From Chiloscyllium plagiosum (taxonomy: Eukaryota): DNA of 64,000 bases. The position numbers and the translations under genes are program-made. This document shows positions 48,601-61,827 of this stretch, in pieces. The notes beneath the pieces are model-generated. The model was given only the letters and a program-made list of their open reading frames with translations. It had not been told where the DNA came from and did not search any database. Within the stretch, counting starts at the first letter, position 1. Every line of letters starts with the position of its first letter. The DNA lies in contig NC_057756.1 of the NCBI RefSeq assembly GCF_004010195.1, positions 5,570,167 through 5,634,166 of the forward strand, in the 5' to 3' direction.

Positions 48601-50000
48601 ACCAGAGCTGAATGTCAGGTAAACTAAATGCCAGAGTCAGGAAGTGAGAACGCGTGAGTGCTAGTGTGGAGTGTGAATAAATCTGAGGACCGAAGCAGAA
48701 TGTGAGTAAATCCGGGCACCTGAGCAGAGTCTGAGGAAACTGAGTAACAGCGAATTTTGAAGACAGCCGAGCACCAGAGCCGAACGTGAGGAAACTCTCA
48801 CGCCAGAAAGGAAAGAGAGTAAATCCAAGGACTGGAGCGGAGTGTGAGGAGACCCACAACCAACTCTGGTTTCTGCTTCATAGTCAAATGTTACTTTTTT
48901 CAATTTTCCTGCACATTGAGACTGCTAACGAGTCATACATCAGGTGCTTGTAAGCTCTCAGTGCAAAACAGCTTTTACTGTCTCTTAAAGGTACAGTACA
49001 TGCCTTCAACTTCATAATACGAGCGAGGGGGGATCCCAAGGACCGGGGCGAGGAGGAAACCTGAATACCGGAGTGGAATATAAGTAACTGAAGTACTGGA
49101 CTGTTGCGTAAAGAATCCGGAGTACCATACTGTTTGGGTTTCCTCACAGTCCACTTCAGTCCTTGGATTTACTCACACTTTGCTTTGTCACTTGGTACCA
49201 TAGAGTGTGGGGTTAAATGAGCACAGGAGCAGACCGAGAGGGCAACCCAAGTATTGGAGCGGTGTATTAAGTAACACGAGTACCAGAAAAGTGCATGAGA
49301 AAACACTTGTACCAGAACAGGATGAGGAGGAAACCCAAGTAACGGAGCAGAACATGCAGGCAACCCAGAGTACCGGACCGGTGTGTGAGGTAACCAGAGT
49401 TCCTGAGCAGGGCGATCATGAAACCAGAGAACTGCAGCAGAACCTGGGGGAAACCAGAGTACCGGAGTAGGGCAAGGGGGAAATGCAAGTGCCAGAGCAG
49501 TCTGTGATGAATCCAGAATACTGGGTCAGAGTGGGAGGTAAACACAGTGCTGGCATGTTGCGAGGAGGGAAATGGAGTGCCAGAGCGATGGCAGGGGAGC
49601 ACCATGAGTATTGGAATGGTGTGTGAGGTAACCCGAGTGCAGCAGCGGAAACGGGGAGCACCCCGAGTACCGGAGAATTGTGTGAGGTAACCCAAGATAC
49701 GGAGTGTGATGAGGGGGAAACCCGAGTACTGGAGCAGGGGTGAGAGGGAAACATGAATACCGGAGTGAAATGTGAGGAAACCTGAGTGCTGGAGCGTAGA
49801 GTGGGGAAATCCAATTGCCGGAGTAGTGGAATGTGAGGAAACCTGAGTAATGGGACAGATTTTGAGGCAAGTTGAATACCGGAGTGTGAGGAAACCCAGA
49901 TAATGGAGTGGAATGTCAGGTAACTGAATGCTGGAGCGGAATATAAGGAAATCAGAGTGATGGAGAGGAGTGTGAGTAAATCTGAAGAGCGAGTGGAGCT
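45662..50000. repeat. Diverged ~31-32 bp satellite with a higher-order duplication
   Basis: Unit like gtgtgaggaaacccgagtaccggagcaga. The same LTR fragment is embedded at equivalent positions 46017-46178 and 48854-49018. Confidence 0.9.
47640..48301 (-). mobile_element. Tx1/L1-clade LINE 3' end with a 5' inversion
   Basis: Poly(A) with aataaa; ORF2 end ...NCAWKIINSVKDALW...WGKTTV* on minus; zinc-knuckle segment CPRSGCG.DE.VTHLLLE on plus (48070-48303); 19-bp TSD with one mismatch. Confidence 0.85.
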
Positions 50001-50919
50001 GTTATTTGAAACTCTTTTCTGGACTGTCATGTAAATACTTTTAACTCTGTTAGAACTACCTTGTCTAGATCTTATTTTGTAGACATTATAAGTAATGCTA
50101 GTACTTTTACTTTTGATTCTGTTTTGTATCCAATATTTGTACCTAGATACTTGTCCCTAAGATGGTGCCATTAAAGGCAGCTGCTGTAAAAACATTTCAC
50201 TACTCCACTTCTGGACAGCAAGTGACAATAAAGGATATTCTATTCTATTTCAAGAATTTAAAATATCTCTCCATCTGCACTCCATCATCAGTTACCATCA
50301 TGTTGAAGGCCAGAGATGTTGGAATTGATCAGTGGGCAAGAAATATCATTGGCTTAGGGTCTTGAGGTCAGAAATACACAGCAACCAGTGGGAATGGCAG
50401 AAGAGTTGGGGATTGGTACTGATCAACAGGTGGTTCAAGGTGAAAAGATCAAAGGATTTTGGCCACATTCCTGGAGCCGATGAGAGTTGGCAACATGTTA
50501 CCCGCTGGAGAAGATGAGGCCAATAGATTTTTATCCTGAAGACATAACCAGTTCCTTCACAATGATTAAGCCTTGTTGTCATTTAATGGAAACTTGAAAT
50601 AATTCAGGAGCGGAGTTGATCAGATTCTGTGTAAGTTTGAATAAAGATGGAGAAAGTAATTGGACTGAAACTGGTAAACCGTTCTGGATCTGATGGTTTC
50701 CAACTCAGGCTGCCATGAGGCGCTGATGGGCAAATTGTGGACACACAAATCCTGCTCTCCAAAAGTTTTCCTCGTTCAGGAATTGCCACATTAGGTGAGG
50801 AAAACAATTAATGTCACTGCAACATTTAAAAGAATGTGTGGTTGTGGGTTGTTCACCCATAGCCAGAGCTGGAGTGTCTAATCTTCATCTCTGGCTTTCA
50901 TCAAACCTCTCTCAGTCCA

Positions 50920-53900
50920 TGCCTGAAGTGGTATTCTGTCCCTTGAAGAGCATTAAGGTGGATAAATTCCCCGGGCCTGATGATATCTACCGCATGTTAT
51001 TGAGAGAGGCGAGGGAGGAGATTGCTGGGGTGTTGACCAAGATCTTTGTGTTTTCATGAACTATTGTAAAGGTTCCAGAGGACTAGTGACTAGCTGATGT
51101 TATTCCTGTGTTTAAGAAGGCATAATCCTGGAAATTATAGAGTGGTGAGTTTCATATCAGTACTGGGAAACTTGGAGAGAATTCTTAGGGATAGTATTTC
51201 CACACATTTGGAAAAGCCTGGCTTAATTAGGGACAGTCAAGTTGGTCAATGAGGGTAGAGCAGTGGATTTTGTCTACATGGATTTAAGTGAGATTTTCCT
51301 CATGGTAAACTCATCCAGAAGATTAGGAAGCATGGGATCGACAGTGTCTTGGCTGCAAGGATTCAGAATTTTCATGCCCATAGAAGACAGAGGGTACTGG
51401 CAAAATGGTATTTTTCAGGTTGGTGATCCATGACTAGTGGGTGTTCCACTGGGATCAGTACTGTGACTTTGATGTTTGTAATATATAAAAATGACTGGGT
51501 TAGTAAGTTTGCAGATGTTACAAAGATCAGTGGAGATATAGATAGTGTAGGACAAGGGAAGGGGCCATACTGGACCTGGTGTTGTGGAATGAACCAGGCC
51601 AGGTGGTAGAAGTTGCAGTGGGGGATTTCTTTGGGAATAGTGACCACAATTCTGTAAGTTTTAGAATACTCGTAGACAAAGATGAGTGTGGTCCTCAGGA
51701 AAGAGTACTAAACTGGGCCAAGACCAATTATAGAAAAATTAGGCAGGAGCTGGGAAATGTGGATTGGACACAGCTATTTGAGGGGAAGTCCACACTTGAT
51801 GTGTGGGAATCTTTCAAGGATAAGTTGAAGATAGTGCAGGATAGGCATGTCCCTTTGAAAACAACGGATCGGAAAGGCATAATCCATTAACCATGGACAA
51901 TGAGAAGTTGTGCGACGACCCAAGAGGAAAAGGAAGCGTTCATAAAGACCAGGCAGCTAAGAATAGACCGGGCCTTTAAAGAATATCGGGAGAATAGGAC
52001 CAATCTTAAATGAGGAATCAAGCGGACCAAAAGGGGTCATGAAATAACTGTAGCAAGCAGAATTAAGGAGAATCCCAAGACCTTCTATTCTTATATAAGG
52101 AGCAAAAGGGTAACTAGAGGAAGGGTTGGTCAACTGAAGCATAAGGAAGGTTGTGTGTCGAACCTGAGAAAATGGGTGAGATACTCAATGATTACTTTGT
52201 GTCAGTGTTCACTGGGGGGAAGGTAGCTGAGAATGCAACACGTAGATGAAGGTGGGGGAGAAATTGATAGGTTGGAGAGGAGGATGGTGCAGATGGATGG
52301 CAAAGACAGTGGACAGTTCAAGAGGGCACTGCCAAGTTGGAGGGTTGGGACTAGGATAAGGTGGGGGAAGAGAAAATGAGGAAACTGGTGAAATCCTAAT
52401 TAATCCCGTGTGGTTGTAACGTCAAAGGTGGAAGATGAGGCATTCTTACTCCGGGCGACAGGTGGTTAGGGTTTGGCGATGGAGGAGGCCCGGGAACTGC
52501 TTGTCCTTGGTGGAGTAGGAGGGGGACTGCGGGGCGGTGGTATTTATTGGTCCGGGTGTCCTAGCAATGTTATCTGAAACGATCCATAAGTTGGCGTCCT
52601 GTCTCCGCAATGTAAAGGAGACCACATCAGGCGCAACAGATACAGTAGATGACGTGTGGAAGTACATGTAAATTTCTGTTGGATGTGGAAAGATCCTTTG
52701 GAGCCTTGGACAGAGGTGAGGGGGGAGGTGTGGGTGCAGGTTTTGTACTACTTGCAGTGGCAGGGAGGTTGCTGGGAATGGAGGCCGGGTTGATGGGGAT
52801 GCGTGAACCTGACAAGGGAGTCGCGGAGGGAAAGATCTCTCTGGAATGCAGATAGGGATGGGGAAGGAAATGTACCTTTGGTGGGGTCTGTTTGCAGGTG
52901 GTGGAAATGGCGGTGGGTGGTGCGATGTACCTGGAGGTTGGTGGGGTGGAAAGTGAGGACCGGGGGGTTCTATCCTTGTTGCGATTGGAGGGGTGGGATA
53001 TGGAGGAGATGTGCTGGAGGGCATCGTCGACAACGTAGGAGGGGAAATTGCTGTCTTTGAAGAAAGAGGCCATCTGAAATGTTCACTGGTAGAATTGGGC
53101 CTCCTGGGAGTATGCGCGGCAAAGACAGGCGAATTGGGAATAAGGGATAACATTTTTACAGGAGGAAGGAACCGAGGAGGTGAAATCCAAGTAGCTATGG
53201 GAGTCAGTGGGTTTGTAGTGGATGTCTGTGTTGAGTCTGTCTCTGGAAATGGAGATGGAGAGGTCCAGGAAGGTGACGGAGCTGTCTTGAGATGGTCCAG
53301 GTGAACTTGAAGATTATTCAGGGTGGAAGATGTTTGTGAAGTTGATTGAACTGTTCAAACTCCTCGTGGGAGGATGAGGTAGCTCCAATAGAGTTATCGA
53401 TGTAGTGGAGGAAAATGAGAGGAATGTTGATGGTGTAGCTGCAGAAGATGGATTGTTCCACCTACCCGAAGAAGAGGCAGGCATAGCTGGAGCCCATGCG
53501 GGTGCCCATAGCTACCTCTTAGGTCTTGAGGAAGTGGGAGGATTTGAAGGAGAAATTGTTGTGGGTGAGGACCAGTTCAGCCAGGCAGCCGATGCTGCCT
53601 GACCTGTGATGTTCCAGTACCACACTCTTGACTCTGACCTCCACCATACTAAGTCCTCACTTCCTCCTTTATTGGTCAGGGATTTGAATACCAGAGTCCA
53701 TATGTCATGTTGCAACTTTATAAGACTTAGGTTAGGCCACATTTAGAGTATTACTTTCAGTTCTGTTCACCACATCACAGGAAGGATGTGGAAGCATTTG
53801 AGAGGGGGCAGAAGAGGTTTACCGGGATACCGTCTGGATTAGAGGGGATGGGCTATAAGGAAAGGCTAGGGTTGTTTTCTCTGGAGTGGTGAAGGCTGAG

Positions 53901-54180
53901 GGGAGTCTATAAAACTGAGATGCAAAGACAGGGGTGATAGAATCTTTTTGCCGGAGTTGAATTGTCTAAAATGAGAGGGTGTGCATTTAAGATGAGAGGG
54001 GGAAAGTTCAAAGGAGATGTGTGGGACAGGTTCTTAACACAGAGTGGTAGGAGTCTGGCAAGCGCTGCTAGGGGTGGTGGTGGTGTGGGTCATTAGATAA
54101 TCACGTGAATATGCAAGGACTGGAGGGATGTGGACCAAGGGTAGGCAGAAGGGCCTGTATGAGTGCTATATAGTTCTGTA
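50920..54180 (+). mobile_element. Mosaic of CR1 fragments interrupted by a Penelope element
   Basis: KFPGPDDIYRMLLREAREEIA, GNSDHNSV, LYKT.VRPHLEY motifs. Confidence 0.8.
52225..53582 (-). mobile_element. Penelope-like element fragment (RT to GIY-YIG)
   Basis: Minus strand AMGTRMGSSYACLF, MASFFKDSNFPSYVVD, VIYCICCA. Confidence 0.8.
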
Positions 54181-54229
54181 TTCCACACCTGAACTTAATC
54201 TCTTTACCTCGGAGTACAGCGGGATCTTT

Positions 54230-54548
54230 TTAGATTAGATTAGATTACTTACAGTGTGGAATCAGGCCCTTTGGCCCAACAAGTCCACACCGACCCGCCG
54301 AAGCGTAACCCACCCAGACACATTTTCCTACATTTACCCCTTCACCTAACACTACGGGCAATTTAGCATGGCCAATTCACCTAACCTGCACATTTGTGGA
54401 TTGTTGGAGGAAACCAGAGCACCCGGAGGAAACCCACGCAGACACGGGGAGAATGTGCAAACTCCACAAAGAGAGTCGCCTAAGGCGGGAATTGAACCCG
54501 GGTCTCTAGCGCTGTGAGGCAGCAGTGCTAACCACTGTGCCACCGTGC
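54230..54548 (-). mobile_element. HE1-type V-SINE
   Basis: Full A/B boxes, V-domain, (aatct)n tail. Confidence 0.9.
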
Positions 54549-55437
54549 TTGAAATGATTACCCTGGTGGTTACTCATGTCATATCTGGTGACATGAGAAG
54601 AATCAATCATTGGGGACTGAGTGACTGAGAACTTTGGAGAAATTGGAGATGGCCAGCAAAAATCAGTAAAAAAATTTGTAAAAGGTAAATCTTATCCAAT
54701 GAAGATCATTGAATGTTTTGGGAGGTGTTACTAATGTGGTGAAGAAGAGAATTCTGAGATGTAGCGGGATTGAGATGTATAGATGCATGCAACACAAATA
54801 TTAGCACACAAGTGCAGCAAGTAATTCAAGATGCTAATGTGATGCTGTATAGTATTACAAGAGAAACTGAACATAAAATCAAGGATGTTCTATTGTAGTT
54901 ATAAATGGCATTGAAGAGACCACCTCCCAAATACTGTGTGCAGTTAGGGTCTTTGTATTTAAGAAAAAATGTAAATACTTTGGTGATAGTTTGGAGGAGG
55001 TTCATAAAATTGGAATGAATAAGGTAGCTTACGAGGAAAGGTTATGATTTGAAGGAGGTGGTGTTCGACTGGGGTGGACACAATTACCCTCATAGAGTTG
55101 TGTGACTTTGGGACTCTGCCTCAGGACGATTTGGAGTTCGGGCTGTTCAACGTTTTTAATACCGTGGTCTATATAATCGGAACAAGCAGGGGAATCAAAA
55201 CTTATTGAAGATAGATGAGAAATGTGGAATATGAGATCAGGCAGGGCATTCTTGAATGGTGGAGCAGGGCTCCCAATTCCTTTGATCGTATGCTCTTAAA
55301 TATTGCAATGGCAATGTCAATGCAAACAGGGGACGGTATGTTGACACTTTACAAAGCCATTTTTACAAAGCATCCAAAAACAATTAAATATCTAAATGGA
55401 AATTATTCAGCCAAATTAATTAAATTGATACTTCACT

Positions 55438-55810
55438 GCAGTACTGTGGGAGTGCCGAACTGTCAAAGGGTCAGTACTGAGGGAGTGCCGCGCTGTCGGA
55501 GGGTCAGCACTGAGGGAGTACTGCACTGTCACAGATTTAGTGCTGAGAGATTGTCGCACTATCGGAGGGTCTACCCTGAGGCAGTGTCACTCTATCAGAG
55601 GATCAGTGTTGAGGGAGACCCGCACTGTTGGATGGTCAGTACTGAGGGGAGTGCTGCACTGTCGGGTCAATACTGAGGGAGTGCATCAGTATCAGAGAGT
55701 CTATACAGAGGGAGGGCTACTGTCAGAGATTCAGTACTAAATTAGTATTATACTGTCAAAAGTGCAGTACCAAGGGTGTCCTGCACTATTGGAGGGTTAT
55801 TACTGAGAGA
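55438..55810. repeat. ~33-34 bp Deu-SINE-derived minisatellite
   Basis: gggagtgctgcactgtcggagggtcagtactga units. Confidence 0.8.
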
Positions 55811-56999
55811 ATGTGTGTTGGTGGTGAGCCAATTCTCCAGTTGACTGAACTGTTTCATACTCAAGTCATGAATTGTACCTTCAAAACTGTTAGACTGTAA
55901 CTTCTAATCTGATCTGATTGCATTTTTATTGGTAGTGTGGAATGCAAACAATCTTGTGTTCATTTATTTATTACCATTTTAGTTGAGATTGTCTTCAAGG
56001 GGATGTACTTTAGAAAATAAATTGTCATTGCCTCATAATCAGGAATTGCTGGTGTCCTGCTTTCTGTGTAGCATAGGGTTATGGTCCTGCCTTGTCCAGT
56101 AACACCAGACTCAGTGGTTCTGCAAAAACTGGTGTGTGATTCAAGGTGCATGATGAGGTTTACCCACTAAGTGGCAAATATGGTGTAATGTAAAAAACTG
56201 AATCACATCTTTGTGATCATACAGCCAGTAAAAATGCCTGTTTTTTAAATGCTAGAGATTTCAAGTAGTTGTGATATGCTCTCCACAATGAGTCCTCATA
56301 GTATTTGGACATTGCTATCTGAGGACCAACCATCCATTCTTCTTCTAGGGGCTATGAGGGGTGATAGAAGAGAAACTAGGGAGAGCTGAGAGTTCTGATC
56401 TCGAGCCGGGGAGAATGTGAAAGCAACTTTGACCCAATCGACTAGTAGAAGGAAGGGAACAGATGCAGGAATTAATATGTCTGACCAGTCTTGGTAGAAG
56501 TTTAATCAAGATCGAAAGGCATTCCCAATCACAACAGAGAGATGAATTCTTGGAGACAATGTTGAAGAAGGATGTATAAAATTAAACACAGACAAGAAGC
56601 ATCTTGGACAGGTCAGGATCAACTCTTTGAGATGGGATCACCTCCAAGGAACTCCAGCGCATGGTCTTGAGAGATTTCAAACTGTTTCTTGGGAGCGATT
56701 CGTGTGGATTTTCAGAAGGTAAATCAGAGTTTAGAAAGATTTTCTTCATCTGTGTTGCCCCTACATTGTCTCATTCTTGCATGGTTTGTGCATTCCCACA
56801 CTCAGCCTTATTGTCAAAATTTCAGTTTGTGTAGATACCATCTTCTTGATGTCCATGGACATTATGATTCAATTTCATTTCCCCAACTTTCCTCTGGCGT
56901 AGAAACAGAAATGAGCAGAGCGACAATCAGAGTGATCTGTGTTTAGTATTATTGACCCCAATAGAAATTGTACTGACAATAAATCCATTAATTATGCGA

Positions 57000-58420
57000 T
57001 TTTTGAGAAGATTTGTAGCTCAGGTTGAGGTTTAGATTGTACGTTTGTTCGCTGAGCCAGCAAGTTTGTTTTCAGACATTTTGGCACCATGCGAGGTAAC
57101 ATCATCAGTGAGCCTCCAGTGAAGTGCTGGTTTTCTGTCCTGCTTTCTATTTATGTATCTCCGTATGTTGTGGTGAGTGATATCATTTCTGGGGTTTTTT
57201 TGAGAGGTTGGTAAATGGGGTCCAAATTGATGTGTTTAATGATGGAGTTCCTGTTTGAATGCCAGGACTTTAAGAATTCTCGCACGTGTGTCTGTTTAGC
57301 CTGTCCAAGGATGGGTGTGTTACCCCAGTCGAAGTGCCTGCATTTAAGGATGCTAGTGACAGTGTGTCATGTCTTTTGGTGCTAGTTGGTGTTCATGTAT
57401 CCTGATGGCTAGTTTTCTGCCTGTCTGTCCAATGTATGACATTCATTTTGCAGATTGTTGATATAAGGTCCTTTAGGTTCATCAGTAGCTGTTTCAGTGT
57501 GTTGGTAGGTTTGTGGGCTACCATGATGCCAAGGGGTCAGAGTAGTATGGTAGTCATCTCCAAGATGTCTTTGTATAGTAGTGTGGCCGGAGTTTCTGGG
57601 CGTGTAGTGTCTACTCATTTGGATTTGTTGTTTAAGAATCTGCAGACTGTGTTTATAAGGAACCTGTTGTTCTTGAATACGCTGTATCGGTATTTTTTTT
57701 CTGCTTGTAGTTCCTAGGTGCTGCAGTATGTTGCTGGTTTAAATAATGTCCTCATGCATCTCCGTTTGTGATTGTTGGGATGATTGCTTCTGTGGTTCAG
57801 TATCTGGTCTGCGTGTATTGCTTTCATGCAGACGCTGGTCTGCAGTTCTCCATTAACTGTTCGTTCCACTGTGACATCTGGGGAATCTGTTGTTGTTCTC
57901 CTCTTTTGTGAAATTTATGCCAGTAAGGATGTTGTAGGTTTCCTCTAATTTGTTCTGCTTTGTGATGATAAAGGTGTCATCCATGCAGCGGACCCAAAGT
58001 TTAGGTTGGATCATGGGGAGGGCAGTTTGTTCGCATCTCTGCATGACTGCTTCTGCTAAGAAGCCTCATTTTGGTGATCCCATGGATGTTCCGTTGATTT
58101 GTTTGTAGGTCTTGTCCCTGGTGAAATGGGTAGTGAGGTACAGGTCTCCTACTGTACCTCACTAGGTTGAGGATGTTGTCGTTGTGATGAAGTTGGTGCT
58201 GTCTGGTGTTTATGTCTTTGGTTCCTCTAGTAGTGCAGTCAGTGTTTCTTTGGCTACGCCGATGTTAACTGATGTGAATAGGGCTATTATGTCAAAGGAA
58301 ACCATTATTTCGTCCTCCCTTAACTTAGTGTCTTTGATGTTCAGGAAATCTTGGGTGGAGTGGATTGATTGGCATGAGTCTTCCAGATATTTCAGTTTTT
58401 GGTGCAGTTACTTTGCAGTC
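57000..58420 (-). mobile_element. Penelope-like element (RT plus GIY-YIG), degenerate
   Basis: QINGTSMGSP, PKLWVRCMDDTFII, GQTGRKLAIRIHEHQ; 3' end like 31930-32537. Confidence 0.85.
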
Positions 58421-58724
58421 TGTATGTCGGTTTGACGGAACACCCATAGGATCACCAATATCAGGCTTCTTATGTTCAACTTTTAATTTACAATTTATAC
58501 ATGTGGTTTGTAAAAATGTGATAGCAGATGTGTTATTGCAGATTTAAAGGAAAAGGTATAGATAAGATTGGACAGAATCCAAGGTTATATACGGATGTGT
58601 GCAGAAGTTAAACTGAATTTAGATTAATGATCTATGTATTTCATTGTAATGGGATTAAGAATTAGAGAAAAAAAACAAAGCTATCTTTTCATTATGATGG
58701 TTCATTTTTTTCTGAAAGGAGAGG

Positions 58725-59408
58725 TGTTATGAAGTTGAAAGCATGTACTGTACTTTTAAGAGACAGCAACTGCCATCGAGACAAATGCCTGGAGGTTTAA
58801 TATCTTGCTGTCCAAGAAATTAGGAAACTCTCTATCAAAGGTACTTTTTCATTTGAAAGGTACTCACTGTAAAATGAAAGAAGATGGCCCATGGAGATCT
58901 TGAGCCAGAAAAAAAAGGGCAGCAGTTCAGGCAGCATCAAAGGAGAAGGAGAATCAACGTTTCGGGCATAAGCCCTTATGCCCGAAACGTTGATTCTCCT
59001 TCTCCTTTGATGCTGCCTGACCTGCTGCACTTTTCCAGCAACACATTTTTAAGCTCTGATCCCCAGCATCTGCAATCCTCGCTTTCTCCCAGAAAAAAAA
59101 GACACAAGATGACAGTGGCTGTTTGGTTTTGAAATTAAGTTGATGTAATTTTAATAAGTGTCTTATTGGAACAGCATATTGTTACAGAGTTGGAAGCAGG
59201 TAACAAGCAATTAAGCGAAAGGAGGGCTTAGAATTGTGAGTAGTTGTTGTTCAGTTTTAGAGTTAAAAAATAAATTGATGTCATTTTTGCTAACTAATGG
59301 AATTTGGGAGTTCTCTGTCACTCATATTTTAACAGATTTTGAGGTGAGATGAGCTTTTCTGGATGTTTGGGTTTAAGTAAAAGAAGGGTTCACCTCCATG
59401 TCGTAACA
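58725..59408 (+). mobile_element. Solo LTR of the 27932-28670 family, containing a PLE-derived hairpin
   Basis: tgttatgaagttgaaagcatgtactgtac ... ggaatttgggagttctctgtcactc ... gtcgtaaca. Confidence 0.7.
58918..59090. repeat. PLE-derived fold-back element with a perfect 46-bp palindrome
   Basis: 58927-58972 is the exact reverse complement of 58975-59020, with a 2-nt loop. Confidence 0.9.
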
Positions 59409-60389
59409 GGAATCATGTGTCAGCCAGCCAGGTAAGGGTGATAGATTTCCTTACCGAAAGGATATTAGTGAACCTGATCATCCAGTAATTAATATTATTT
59501 GATGGTCATCAGCAGTGAGGTTAGCTTTCAATTCCAGATTGATGGAATAAATTTAAACTCCATCAGCTGTTATGTTGGGAAATGAACCCATGTCATCAAA
59601 GAAGCAGCCTGGGACTCTGAATTACTGTCCCATGATAGTACCATGACACCATCATCACCAACCCCAATTGTATAGCTCCCTTCATCTGTGTTATTTGCAT
59701 CATTATGATCTGGTATTAGATAGCTGAGGCCCCAGTACAAATTCTTGGAACAATGTAAACATCACAGCCTGCCAACCTTGGAAATTTCTCCTTCTCTCCA
59801 TTTTCTGTCTGTTAGCCAGTCCTCAATCCACGTTAACGTATCCTCTAATCCCCAGAGTTCCATGAAACCTTTGTGTGACACCTGGTCGAAAGATATGTTA
59901 AAATCCAAATATCTCATTCTCTGGTTCAGCCAATGTTGACACAGCTATTTACAGTCTCACACCTGAAATCAATTTGTCAACCACAGCTTCTTCTCAGAAA
60001 GCAAGGTGTCTCTGCCAAATCATATTCTGCTTTTCAAACACAGTGGCAGCAGTGGGTATCAAATGTATGATGGCCTAAAGCAACTTGCCAAGGCTCCTTA
60101 GTCAGCACCCTCCAAACTCATGATCATTGCCACCGAGGAGGGCATTGACAGCAGATTAGTTGGGACACCACCACCTGCAAGTTCCCCTCCACTCCACTCA
60201 CCATCCTGAAGTACATCATCATCCCTTGAGTATTGTGGGCCCAAGTCCTGGAACTCTTCCTGACATCACTGCATTTCTCTGCACCAAATAGATGACAGAG
60301 AAACAAGAGGGTAGCTCACCACCATCTTGTCAGGGGCAGTTGTAGATCAGCAATAGATTAATTCAAAACATCTTAACTCTCTGGTGCAT

Positions 60390-60403
60390 CCACCAGAGGG
60401 AGT
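60390..60403 (+). promoter_or_regulatory. CTCF-like motif
   Basis: CCACCAGAGGGAGT; the 16-mer catccaccagagggag is identical to 33504-33519 (-). Confidence 0.35.
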
Positions 60404-61034
60404 ATGAATCAATAGATTTAACACCATTCTTTCCCCCTCTCTCACTGTTTGTCTGTCTTTCTCTCTCTCTTTTTCTCTCTCATTGCCTGTTTCTCAGCTA
60501 GTTCTCACTTTGAACCTCTGCCTATCTCTACCTATTTCTTGCTTTCTCTCTTTAATTGTTAATATGTCTTTTGCTGTCACATTGTCTTTATCTCTCGATT
60601 TCTGTCTCTCTCTCCTCTGACTATTGGCTGTCTCTCAACTGCACCTGACAGAGGGGCTGCGATCTGAAAGCTTGTGATTTCAAATAAACCTATTGGACTA
60701 TAAACTGGTGTCTTCTGACTGTTTTTTTTTTGCCTCTGGCTTCTCCCGCTCCTTTTCTGTATTGGTCTCTGTCTTGTCTTGACTTGACATGATGTGTGTG
60801 TTGTGTCTCTGCCTGGAGCTAGTCTGCTGTGAGTTTGCAAGTTGCACATAGAAATCAGTTAGTTGGCTGTATTGTCTGCATTATAAGCTATAATGTGTTT
60901 TGTTTTTTAGGGTTAATCATTCCCAAATGAACAAATTAACATTAGAGCAGTCTTGTTAAGTGGATAGGCACAGCCAGTAGTGGTAGTTAGAGACTTGAAT
61001 CTGAGCTCAGTCTAGTTTCTTGGTCAGTGTGAAC

Positions 61035-61185
61035 ATACCCATAGGCACTATTCCATGAAAGATCATGATGGAGTTCTCCCTATGTCTGGGACACAGTTTG
61101 ACCCTGAAGCAACATCACTTAAAAACCAAAGGCTGCATTCATTGTCAAGTTGCCACTGGTTGGATCTTGCTATGTCTAATTTGGT
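61035..61185 (+). mobile_element. Deu-domain SINE fragment (AmnSINE1/SacSINE1-like)
   Basis: cccataggcactatt...ggagttctccc..tgtc.gg..ac..tt..ccct.aa.caacatcact.aaaa...ggatcttgct.tg resembles the Deu-domain consensus as recalled. Confidence 0.55.
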
Positions 61186-61827
61186 CGTAACACAACCCAC
61201 AGTCCTTCCGTGACTTTTCAGATTTCTGCTTTAAAAACAAATTGTTTTGAATATCCTAAGCCTGTGAAAGTTGCTATTGATGTCTAGTTTGAAATTGAAA
61301 GCTGAGACTGAAAGGAATGTATTGAAATGGGTGGAACCTCTCTCTTCACAGACAAGAGCAAATGTTTCCCTGGGACTGAACTCCGCAAACATTGAGATAT
61401 TTATACCTGAAGTTGTGTTACTAATACCTGCCATCACCTTTCTAATGATTGACAGTTATTGTGACAATTGACTGAGTTGTATTTGTTTTGTTGCTTGTGC
61501 ATAACTGGGCAATTTTCCACATTGTTGGGTAGATACTACTTTCATTTTGTGCTGGAACAGCTTGGCTCTGAGTACTATAAGTTTGCAGATAATTGTCAGG
61601 GCTCATGGTCTTTGCAGTATCCAATGGCGTCAGCCTTTTTTTGATATCAAATGGAGGACTGCCATTGTGATGCTGGGGACCTCAGGAGGAGACTGACACA
61701 GATCATCCAGATGGTATTGTTGACTGAAGCTTGTTGAAGATAAATTCAGTGTTACATTTTGTATTGATGTGTGGAGGTTTCCCATAATTCAAGATGGAAC
61801 ATTTGTGAAATCTTCTCCAGAGAGTTG

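Noticed and set aside
46120..50030. Numerous 100-220 aa ORFs
   Set aside because: Translations of a GC-rich degenerate satellite; only the Tx1 portion has protein homology.
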